DNA of 64,000 nt from the human T2T-CHM13v2.0 reference genome, Homo sapiens: NCBI RefSeq assembly GCF_009914755.1, contig NC_060930.1, one strand, 5' to 3'. A program made the position numbers and the translations under genes. The notes under the pieces are model-generated. The model searched no databases. It saw only the letters and a program-made list of their open reading frames with translations, and was not told where the DNA came from. Below, in pieces: positions 40,301 through 52,200 of this stretch (within the stretch, counting starts at the first letter, position 1; every line of letters starts with the position of its first letter).

Positions 40301-43300
40301 TCTTTGTAGAATTTGGAAGTGTATACTAAGAGCGCTTTGAGGCCTATGGTAGAAAAGGAAATATCTTTCCATAAAAGCTAGACAGAAGCAATCTCAGAAA
40401 CTCCTTTGTGATGTCTGCATTCAACTCACCGAGTGGAACATTCCTCTTGATAGAGCAGTTTGGAAACACTCTTTCTGTAGAATCAGCTTGTTTGTATTTG
40501 GACCTCCTTGAGGCCTTCATTGGAAACGGGTTTTCATCTTATAAACCCAGACAGAAGAATTCTCAGAGTCTTCTTTGTGATGTGTGCTTTCAACTCACCG
40601 AGATAAAGATTTCTCTTGATAGAGCAATTTGGAAACACTCTTTTTGTAGAATTTGCAAGGGTACATTGAGAGCGCTTTCAGGCCTATGGTAGAAAAGGGA
40701 ATATCTTTCCATAAAAGGTAGACAGAAGCAATCTCAGAAACTACTTTGTGATGTGTGCATTCAACTCACCGAGTGCAACGTTCCTCTTGACCGAGCAGTT
40801 TGGAAACATTGTTTCTGTAGAATCTGCAAGTGGATATTTGGACCTCTTTGAGGCCTTCGTTGGAAACGGGATTTCTTCCTATACACCCAGACAGAAGAAT
40901 TCTCAGAGACTTCTTTGTGATGTGTGAATTCAACTCCAGTGTGGATCCTTCCTTTTGATAGAGCAGTTTTGAAACACTGTTTTTGTAGTATTTCCAAGCG
41001 GATATTTGGAACGCCTTGAAGCGTATGGTAGAAAAGGAAATATCTTCCCATAAAACCTAGACAGAACCAATCTCAGAAACGACTTTGTGATGTCTGCATT
41101 CAAGTCACAGAGTTGAACATTTCTCTTGATAGAGCAGTTTTGAAACCCTCTTTCTGAAGGATCTGCAAGTGGATATTTGGAACTCCTTTGGGTCTTCGTT
41201 GGAAACGGGATTTCTTCGTATAAATCTAGACAGAAGAATTCTCCGAAACTTCTTTGGTTGTGTGCATTCAAGTCACAGAGTGGAAAATTCCTTTGGATAG
41301 AGCACTTTGAAACGCTGTGGTTGTAGTATTTCCAAGCGGATATTAGAGCGCCTTGAGGCCTATGGTAGAAAAGGAAATATCTTCCCATAAAACCTAGACG
41401 GAAGCAATCTCAGAAACTACTGTGTGATGGCTGCATTCCACACACACGGTGGAACATTTCTCTTGATAGAGCAGTTTTGAAACACTCTTTCTGTAGAATC
41501 TGCAAGTGGATAATTGGACCGCCTTGAGCCCTTCGTTGGAAACGGGATTTCTTCATGTTACTCTAGATAGAAGAATTCTCAAACACTGCTATGTGATGTT
41601 TGCATTCAAGTCACAGAGTGCAACATTCCTCTTGGTAGAGCAGTTGGGAAACACTCCTTTTGTAGAATCTGCAATGGGATATTTGGACTTCTTTGAGGCC
41701 TTCGTTGGAAACGGGATTTCTTCGTATGAATCTAGACAGAAGAATTCTCAGAAACTTCCTTGTGATGTGTGCATTCAACTCAGCGAGTGGCACCTTCCTT
41801 TGGATACAGCAGTTTTGAAACACTGTTTTTGTAGTATTTCCAAGCGGATATTTAGAGCGCCTTGAAGCCTATGCTAGAAATGGAAATATCTCCCCATAAA
41901 ACCAAGACAGAAGCAATCTCAGAAACTAATGTGTGATGGCTGCATTCCACACACACGGTGGACCATTTCTCTTGATAGAGCAGTTTTGAAACACTCTTTC
42001 TGTAGAATCTGCAAGTGGATAATTGGACCTCCTAGAGGCCTTCGTTGGAAACGGGATTTCTTCATCTAAACCTACAGAGAAGAATTCTCAGTAACTTCTT
42101 CGGATGTGTGCATTCGACTCACAGAATGGAACATTCCCTTTGATAGAGCAGTTTTGAGACACCGTTTTTGTAGAATTCCCAAGTGGATATTTAGAGCACT
42201 TTGAAGTCTCTGCTAGAAAAGGAAACATCTTCATGTAAAAAGTAGATAGAATCGTTCTCAGAAAGTGCTTAGTGACGTGTGCGTTCAACTCACAGAGTTT
42301 AACGTTTCTTTTGATAGAGCGTTTCTGAAACACCCTTCTTGTAGTAGCTGTAAGTGGATATTTGGACCTATTGGAGGCCTTCTTTGGAAATGGGATTTCT
42401 TCATGTAACTCTAGATTGAAGAATTCTCAGAAACTCCTTTGTGATGTGTGCATTCAATTCAAAGAGTGAAACCTCCCTTTTCACAGAGCAGTTTTGAAAC
42501 ACTGTTTTTGTAGGATTTCCAAGGGGATATTTATAGCGCATTGAGCCTACGGCGGAAAAAGAAACATCTTCCTATAAAAACTAGACAGAATACTTCTCAG
42601 AATCTGCTTTGCGATGTGTGCGTTCAACTCACAGAGTAAAACTTTTCTTTTGATAGAGCAGTTTTGAAACACTCTTTTTGTAGTATTTGCATGTGTATAT
42701 TTAGAGCGCATTGAATCCCACAGTAGAAAAGGAAATAACTTCACCTAAAACCTAGACAGAAGCAATCTCAGAAACTACTTTGTGATGTGTACATTCAACT
42801 CACAGAGTGGAACTTTCCTCTTTATAGAGCAGTGTTGAAACACTCTTTTTGTAGAAACTGCAAGTGGATATTTGGACCTCTTTGAGGCCTTCGTTGGAAA
42901 CGGGATTTCTTCCTATAACCCTAGACAGAAGAATTTTCAGAAACCTCATTGTGATGTGTGCGTTCATCTCACAGAGTGGAGTCTTCCGTTTGATAGAGAA
43001 GTTTTGAAACCCTGTTCTTGTAGGATTTCCAAGTGGATATTTAGACCACTTTGAAGCCTATGATAGAAAAGGAAACATCTTCATGGAAAACATAGATAGA
43101 ATCATTCTCAGAAACAACTTTGTGATGTGTGCGTTGAACTCACCGTCTTTAACCTTTCTTTTGGTAGAGAAGTTTTGAAACACTCTCTTTGTAAAGTCTA
43201 CAAGTGGATATTTTGAGCCCTTGGAGGCATTCTTTGGAAAAGGGAATGTCTTCACATAAAAGGCAGACAGAAGTGTTCTCAGAAACTGCTTTGTGATGTC

Positions 43301-43463
43301 TGTGTTCAACTCACAGAGTTTAACATTTCCTTTGATAGAGCGGTTTAGTAACCCTCTCTTTGTAGAATTTGGAAGTGTATACCAAGAGCGCTTTGAGGCC
43401 TATGGTAGAAAAGGAAATATCTTTCCATAAAAGCTAGACAGAAGCAATCTCAGAAACTCCTTT
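37354..43463 (+). repeat. Two 18-mer HOR copies (3054, 3056 bp), duplicates of 28522-34631
   Basis: Same private indels and SNVs at an offset of 8832 bp. Confidence 0.95.
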
Positions 43464-46185
43464 GTGATGTCTGCATTCAACTCACCGAGTGGAACATTCC
43501 TCTTGAGAGAGCAGTTTGGAAACACTCTTTCTGTAGAATCAGCTTGTTTGTATTTGGACCTCCTTGAGGCCTTCGTTGGAAACGGGTTTTCATCTTATAA
43601 ACCCAGACAGAAGAATTCTCAGAGTCTTCTTTGTGATGTGTGCTTTCAACTCACCGAGATAAAGATTTCTCTTGATAGAGCAATTTGGAAACACTCTTTT
43701 TGTAGAATTTGCAAGGGTACATTGAGAGCGCTTTCAGGCCTATGGTAGAAAAGGGAATATCTTTCCATAAAAGGTAGACAGAAGCAATCTCAGAAACTAC
43801 TTTGTGATGTGTGCATTCAACTCACCGAGTGCAACGTTCCTCTTGACCGAGCAGTTTGGAAACATTGTTTCTGTAGAATCTGCAAGTGGATATTTGGACC
43901 TCTTTGAGGCCTTCGTTGGAAACGGGATTTCTTCCTATAAACCCAGACAGAAGAATTCTCAGAGACTTCTTTGTGATGTGTGAATTCAACTCACAGTGTG
44001 GATCCTTCCTTTTGATAGAGCAGTTTTGAAACACTGTTTTTGTAGTATTTCCAAGCGGATATTTGGAACGCCTTGAAGCGTATGGTAGAAAAGGAAATAT
44101 CTTCCCATAAAACCTAGACAGAACCAATCTCAGAAACTACTGAGTGATGGCTGCATTCCACACACACACGGTGGAACATTTCTCTTGATAGAGCAGTTTT
44201 GAAACACTCTTTCTGTAGAATCTGCAAGTGGATTATTGGACCACCTTGAGGCCTTCGTTGGAAACGGGATTTCTTCATGTTACTCTAGATAGAAGAATTC
44301 TCAAACACTGCTATGTGATGTTTGCATTCAAGTCACAGAGTGCAACATTCCTCTTGGTAGAGCAGTTGGGAAACACTCCTTTTGTAGAATCTGCAATGGG
44401 ATATTTGGACTTCTTTGAGGCCTTCGTTGGAAACGGGATTTCTTCGTATGAATCTAGACAGAAGAATTCTCAGAAACTTCCTTGTGATGTGTGCATTCAA
44501 CTCAGCGAGTGGCACCTTCCTTTGGATACAGCAGTTTTGAAACACTGTTTTTGTAGTATTTCCAAGCGGATATTTAGAGCGCCTTGAAGCCTATGCTAGA
44601 AATGGAAATATCTCCCCATAAAACCAAGACAGAAGCAATCTCAGAAACTAATGTGTGATGGCTGCATTCCACACACACGGTGGACCATTTCTCTTGATAG
44701 AGCAGTTTTGAAACACTCTTTCTGTAGAATCTGCAAGTGGATAATTGGACCTCCTAGAGGCCTTCGTTGGAAACGGGATTTCTTCATCTAAACCTACAGA
44801 GAAGAATTCTCAGTAACTTCTTCGGATGTGTGCATTCGACTCACAGAATGGAACATTCCCTTTGATAGAGCAGTTTTGAGACACCGTTTTTGTAGAATTC
44901 CCAAGTGGATATTTAGAGCACTTTGAAGTCTCTGCTGGAAAAGGAAACATCTTCATGTAAAAAGTAGATAGAATCGTTCTCAGAAAGTGCTTAGTGACGT
45001 GTGCGTTCAACTCACAGAGTTTAACGTTTCTTTTGATAGAGCGTTTCTGAAACACCCTTCTTGTAGTAGCTGCAAGTGGATATTTGGACCTATTGGAGGC
45101 CTTCTTTGGAAATGGGATTTCTTCATGTAACTCTAGATTGAAGAATTCTCAGAAACTCCTTTGTGATGTGTGCATTCAATTCAAAGAGTGAAACCTCCCT
45201 TTTCACAGAGCAGTTTTGAAACACTGTTTTTGTAGGATTTCCAAGGGGATATTTATAGCGCATTGAGCCTACGGCGGAAAAAGAAACATCTTCCTATAAA
45301 AACTAGACAGAATACTTCTCAGAATCTGCTTTGCGATGTGTGCGTTCAACTCACAGAGTAAAACTTTTCTTTTGATAGAGCAGCTTTGAAACACTCTTTT
45401 TGTAGTATTTGCATGTGTATATTTAGAGCGCATTGAAGCCCACAGTAGAAAAGGAAATAACTTCACCTAAAACCTAGACAGAAGCAATCTCAGAAACTAC
45501 TTTGTGATGTGTACATTCAACTCACAGAGTGGAACTTTCCTCTTTATAGAGCAGTGTTGAAACACTCTTTTTGTAGAAACTGCAAGTGGATATTTGGACC
45601 TCTTTGAGGCCTTCGTTGGAAACGGGATTTCTTCCTGTAACCCTAGACAGAAGAATTTTCAGAAACCTCATTGTGATGTGTGCGTTCATCTCACAGAGTG
45701 GAGTCTTCCGTTTGATAGAGAAGTTTTGAAACCCTGTTCTTGTAGGATTTCCAAGTGGATATTTAGACCACTTTGAAGCCTATGATAGAAAAGGAAACAT
45801 CTTCATGGAAAACATAGATAGAATCATTCTCAGAAACAACTTTGTGATGTGTGCGTTGAACTCACCGTCTTTAACCTTTCTTTTGGTATAGAAGTTTTGA
45901 AACACTCTCTTTGTAAAGTCTACAAGTGGATATTTTGAGCCCTTGGAGGCATTCTTTGGAAAAGGGAATGTCTTCACATAAAAGGCAGACAGAAGTGTTC
46001 TCAGAAACTGCTTTGTGATGTCTGTGTTCAACTCACAGAGTTTAACATTTCCTTTGATAGAGTGGTTTAGTAACCCTCTCTTTGTAGAATTTGGAAGTGT
46101 ATACTAAGAGCGCTTTGAGGCCTATGGTAGAAAAGGAAATATCTTTCCATAAAAGCTAGACAGAAGCAATCTCAGAAACTCCTTT
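43464..46185 (+). repeat. 16-mer variant HOR, junction type A (2722 bp), duplicate of 34632-37353
   Basis: Junction at 44125-44137, the extra CA and the GGATTATTGGACCACC variant, all as at -8832. Confidence 0.95.
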
Positions 46186-49100
46186 GTGATGTCTGCATTC
46201 AACTCACCGAGTGGAACATTCCTCTTGAGAGAGCAGTTTGGAAACACTCTTTCTGTAGAATCAGCTTGTTTGTATTTGGACCTCCTTGAGGCCTTCGTTG
46301 GAAACGGGTTTTCATCTTATAAACCCAGACAGAAGAATTCTCAGAGTCTTCTTTGTGATGTGTGCTTTCAACTCACCGAGATAAAGATTTCTCTTGATAG
46401 AGCAATTTGGAAACACTCTTTTTGTAGAATTTGCAAGGGTACATTGAGAGCGCTTTCAGGCCTATGGTAGAAAAGGGAATATCTTTCCATAAAAGGTAGA
46501 CAGAAGCAATCTCAGAAACTACTTTGTGATGTGTGCATTCAACTCACCGAGTGCAACGTTCCTCTTGACCGAGCAGTTTGGAAACATTGTTTCTGTAGAA
46601 TCTGCAAGTGGATATTTGGACCTCTTTGAGGCCTTCGTTGGAAACGGGATTTCTTCCTATAAACCCAGACAGAAGAATTCTCAGAGACTTCTTTGTGATG
46701 TGTGAATTCAACTCACAGTGTGGATCCTTCCTTTTGATAGAGCAGTTTTGAAACCCTGTTTTTGTAGTATTTCCAAGCGGATATTTGGAACGCCTTGAAG
46801 CGTATGGTAGAAAAGGAAATATCTTCCCATAAAACCTAGACAGAGCCAATCTCAGAAACGACTTTGTGATGACTGCATTCAAGTCACAGAGTTGAACATT
46901 TCTCTTGATAGAGCAGTTTTGAAACCCTCTTTCTGAAGGATCTGCAAGTGGATATTTGGAACTCCTTTGGGTCTTCGTTGGAAACGGGATTTCTTCGTAT
47001 AAATCTAGACAGAAGAATTCTCCGAAACTTCTTTGGTTGTGTGCATTCAAGTCACAGAGTGGAACCTTCCTTTGGATAGAGCAGTTTGAAACGCTGTGGT
47101 TGTAGTATTTCCAGGCGGATATTAGAGCGCTTTGAGGCCTATGGTAGAAAAGGAAATATCTTCCCATAAAACCTAGACGGAAGCAATCTCAGAAACTACT
47201 GTGCGATGGCTGCATTCCACACACACGGTGGAACATTTCTCTTGATAGAGCAGTTTTGAAACACTCTTTCTGTAGAATCTGCAAGTGGATAATTGGACCG
47301 CCTTGAGGCCTTCGTTTGAAACGGGATTTCTTCATGTTACTCTAGATAGAAGAATTCTCAAACACTGCTATGTGATGTTTGCATTCAAGTCACAGAGTGC
47401 AACATTCCTCTTGGTAGAGCAGTTGGGAAACACTCCTTTTGTAGAATCTGCAATGGGATATTTGGACTTCTTAGAGGCCTTCGTTGGAAACGGGATTTCT
47501 TCGTATGAATCTAGACAGAAGAATTCTCAGAAACTTCCTTGTGATGTGTGCATTCAACTCAGCGAGTGGCACCTTCCTTTGGATACAGCAGTTTTGAAAC
47601 ACTGTTTTTGTAGTATTTCCAAGCGGATATTTAGAGCGCCTTGAAGCCTATGCTAGAAATGGAAATATCTCCCCATAAAACCAAGACAGAAGCAATCTCA
47701 GAAACTAATGTGTGATGGCTGCATTCCACACACATGGTGGACCATTTCTCTTGATAGAGCAGTTTTGAAACTCTTTTTCTGTAGAATCTGCAAGTGGATA
47801 ATTGGACCTCCTAGAGGCCTTCGTTGGAAACGGGATTTCTTCATCTAAACCTACAGAGAAGAATTCTCAGTAACTTCTTCGGATGTGTGCATTCGACTCA
47901 CAGAATGGAACATTCCCTTTGATAGAGCAGTTTTGAGACACCGTTTTTGTAGAATTCCCAAGTGGATATTTAGAGCACTTTGAAGTCTCTGCTAGAAAAG
48001 GAAACATCTTCGTGTAAAAAGTAGATAGAATCGTTCTCAGAAAGTGCTTAGTGACGTGTGCGTTCAACTCACAGAGTTTAACGTTTCTTTTGATAGAGCG
48101 TTTCTGAAACACCCTTCTTGTAGTAGCTGCAAGTGGATATTTGGACCTATTGGAGGCCTTCTTTGGAAATGGGATTTCTTCATGTAACTCTAGATTGAAG
48201 AATTCTCAGAAACTCCTTTGTGATGTGTGCATTCAATTCAAAGAGTGAAACCTCCCTTTTCACAGAGCAGTTTTGAAACACTGTTTTTGTAGGATTTCCA
48301 AGGGGATATTTATAGCGCATTGAGCCTACGGCGGAAAAAGAAACATCTTCCTATAAAAACTAGACAGAATACTTCTCAGAATCTGCTTTGCGATGTGTGC
48401 GTTCAACTCACAGAGTAAAACTTTTCTTTTGATAGAGCAGTTTTGAAACACTCTTTTTGTAGCATTTGCATGTGTATATTTAGAGCGCATTGAAGCCCAC
48501 AGTAGAAAAGGAAATAACTTCACCTAAAACCTAGACAGAAGCAATCTCAGAAACTACTTTGTGATGTGTACATTCAACTCACAGAGTGGAACTTTCCTCT
48601 TTATAGAGCAGTGTTGAAACACTCTTTTTGTAGAAACTGCAAGTGGATATTTGGACCTCTTTGAGGCCTTCGTTGGAAACGGGATTTCTTCCTGTAACCC
48701 TAGACAGAAGAATTCTCAGAAACCTCATTGTGATGTGTGCGTTCATCTCACAGAGTGGAGTCTTCCGTTTGATAGAGAAGTTTTGCAACCCTGTTCTTGT
48801 AGGATTTCCAAGTGGATATTTAGACCACTTTGAAGCCTATGATAGAAAAGGAAACATCTTCATGGAAAACATAGATAGAATCATTCTCAGAAACAACTTT
48901 GTGATTTGTGTGTTGAACTCACCGTCTTTAACCTTTCTTTTGGTAGAGAAGTTTTGAAACACTCTCTTTGTAAAGTCTACAAGTGGATATTTTGAGCCCT
49001 TGGAGGCATTCTTTGGAAAAGGGAATGTCGTCACATAAAAGGCAGACAGAAGTGTTCTCAGAAACTGCTTTGTGATGTCTGTGTTCAACTCACAGAGTTT

Positions 49101-49242
49101 AACATTTCCTTTGATAGAGCGGTTTAGTAACCCTCTCTTTGTAGAATTTGGAAGTGTATACTAAGAGCGCTTTGAGGCCTATGGTAGAAAAGGAAATATC
49201 TTTCCATAAAAGCTAGACAGAAGCAATCTCAGAAACTCCTTT
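46186..49242 (+). repeat. 18-mer HOR copy with many private SNVs
   Basis: Spacing is 3057 bp, with about 15 substitutions relative to neighbouring copies. Confidence 0.93.
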
Positions 49243-52200
49243 GTGATGTCTGCATTCAACTCACCGAGTGGAACATTCCTCTTGATAGAGCAGTTTGGAA
49301 ACACTCTTTCTGTAGAATCAGCTTGTTTGTATTTGGACCTCCTTGAGGCCTTCGTTGGAAACGGGTTTTCATCTTATAAACCCAGACAGAGGAATTCTCA
49401 GAGTCTTCTTTGTGATGTGTGCTTTCAACTCACCGAGATAAAGATTTCTCTTGATAGAGCAATTTGGAAACACTCTTTTTGTAGAATTTGCAAGGGTACA
49501 TTGAGAGCGCTTTCAGGCCTATGGTAGAAAAGGGAATATCTTTCCATAAAAGGTAGACAGAAGCAATCTCAGAAACTACTTTGTGATGTGTGCATTCAAC
49601 TCACCGAGTGCAACGTTCCTCTTGACCGAGCAGTTTGGAAACATTGTTTCTGTAGAATCTGCAAGTGGATATTTGGACCTCTTTGAGGCCTTCGTTGGAA
49701 ACGGGATTTCTTCCTATAACCCCAGACAGAAGAATTCTCAGAGACTTCTTTGTGATGTGTGAATTCAACTCACAGTGTGGATCCTTCCTTTTGATAGAGC
49801 AGTTTTGAAACCCTGTTTTTGTAGTATTTCCAAGCGGATATTTGGAACGCCTTGAAGCGTATGGTAGAAAAGGAAATATCTTCCCATAAAACCTAGACGG
49901 AAGCAATCTCAGAAACTACTGTGTGATGGCTGCATTCCACACACACGGTGGAACATTTCTCTTGATAGAGCAGTTTTGAAACACTCTTTCAGTAGAATCT
50001 GCAAGTGGATAATTGGACTGCCTCGAGGCCTTCGTTGGAAACGGGATTTCTTCATGTTACTCTAGATAGAAGAATTCTCAAACACTGCTATGTGATGTTT
50101 GCATTCAAGTCACAGAGTGCAACATTCCTCTTGGTAGAGCAGTTGGGAAACACTCCTTTTGTAGAATCTGCAATGGGATATTTGGACTTCTTTGAGGCCT
50201 TCGTTGGAAACGGGATTTCTTCGTATGAATCTAGACAGAAGAATTCTCAGAAACTTCCTTGTGATGTGTGCATTCAACTCAGCGAGTGGCACCTTCCTTT
50301 GGATACAGCAGTTTTGAAACACTGTTTTTGTAGTATTTCCAAGCGGATATTTAGAGCGCCTTGAAGCCTATGCTAGAAATGGAAATAGCTCCCCATAAAA
50401 CCAAGACAGAAGCAATCTCAGAAACTAATGTGTGATGGCTGCATTCCACACACACGGTGGACCATTTCTCTTGATAGAGCAGTTTTGAAACACTCTTTCT
50501 GTAGAATCTGCAAGTGGATAATTGGACCTCCTAGAGGCCTTCGTTGGAAACGGGATTTCTTCATCTAAACCTACAGAGAAGAATTCTCAGTAACTTCTTC
50601 GGATGTGTGCATTCGACTCACAGAATGGAACATTCCCTTTGATAGAGCAGTTTTGAGACACCGTTTTTGTAGGATTCCCAAGTGGATATTTAGAGCACTT
50701 TGAAGTCTCTGCTGGAAAAGGAAACATCTTCATGTAAAAAGTAGATAGAATCGTTCTCAGAAAGTGCTTAGTGACGTGTGCGTTCAACTCACAGAGTTTA
50801 ACGTTTCTTTTGATAGAGCGTTTCTGAAACACCCTTCTTGTAGTAGCTGCAAGTGGATATTTGGACCTATTGGAGGCCTTCTTTGGAAATGGGATTTCTT
50901 CATGTAACTCTAGATTGAAGAATTCTCAGAAACTCCTTTGTGATGTGTGCATTCAATTCAAAGAGTGAAACCTCCCTTTTCACAGAGCAGTTTTGAAACA
51001 CTGTTTTTGTAGGATTTCCAAGGGGATATTTATAGCGCATTGAGCCTACGGCGGAAAAAGAAACATCTTCCTATAAAAACTAGACAGAATACTTCTCAGA
51101 ATCTGCTTTGCGATGTGTGCGTTCAACTCACAGAGTAAAACTTTTCTTTTGATAGAGCAGTTTTGAAACACTCTTTTTGTAGTATTTGCATGTGTATATT
51201 TAGAGCGCATTGAAGCCCACAGTAGAAAAGGAAATAACTTCACCTAAAACCTAGACAGAAGCAATCTCAGAAACTACTTTGTGATGTGTACATTCAACTC
51301 ACAGAGTGGAACTTTCCTCTTTATAGAGCAGTGTTGAAACACTCTTTTTGTAGAAACTGCAAGTGGATATTTGGACCTCTTTGAGGCCTTCGTTGGAAAC
51401 GGGATTTCTTCCTGTAACCCTAGACAGAAGAATTTTCAGAAACCTCATTGTGATGTGTGCGTTCATCTCACAGAGTGGAGTCTTCCGTTTGATAGAGAAG
51501 TTTTGAAACCCTGTTCTTGTAGGATTTCCAAGTGGATATTTAGACCACTTTGAAGCCTATGATAGAAAAGGAAACATCTTCATGGAAAACATAGATAGAA
51601 TCATTCTCAGAAACAACTTTGTGATGTGTGCGTTGAACTCACCGTCTTTAACCTTTCTTTTGGTAGAGAAGTTTTGAAACACTCTCTTTGTAAAGTCTAC
51701 AAGTGGATATTTTGAGCCCTTGGAGGCATTCTTTGGAAAAGGGAATGTCTTCACATAAAAGGCAGACAGAAGTGTTCTCAGAAACTGCTTTGTGATGTCT
51801 GTGTTCAACTCACAGAGTTTAACATTTCCTTTGATAGAGCGGTTTAGTAACCCTCTCTTTGTAGAATTTGGAAGTGTATACTAAGAGCGCTTTGAGGCCT
51901 ATGGTAGAAAAGGAAATATCTTTCCATAAAAGCTAGACAGAAGCAATCTCAGAAACTCCTTTGTGATGTCTGCATTCAACTCACCGAGTGGAACATTCCT
52001 CTTGATAGAGCAGTTTGGAAACACTCTTTCTGTAGAATCAGCTTGTTTGTATTTGGACCTCCTTGAGGCCTTCGTTGGAAACGGGTTTTCATCTTATAAA
52101 CCCAGACAGAAGAATTCTCAGAGTCTTCTTTGTGATGTGTGCTTTCAACTCACCGAGATAAAGATTTCTCTTGATAGAGCAATTTGGAAACACTCTTTTT

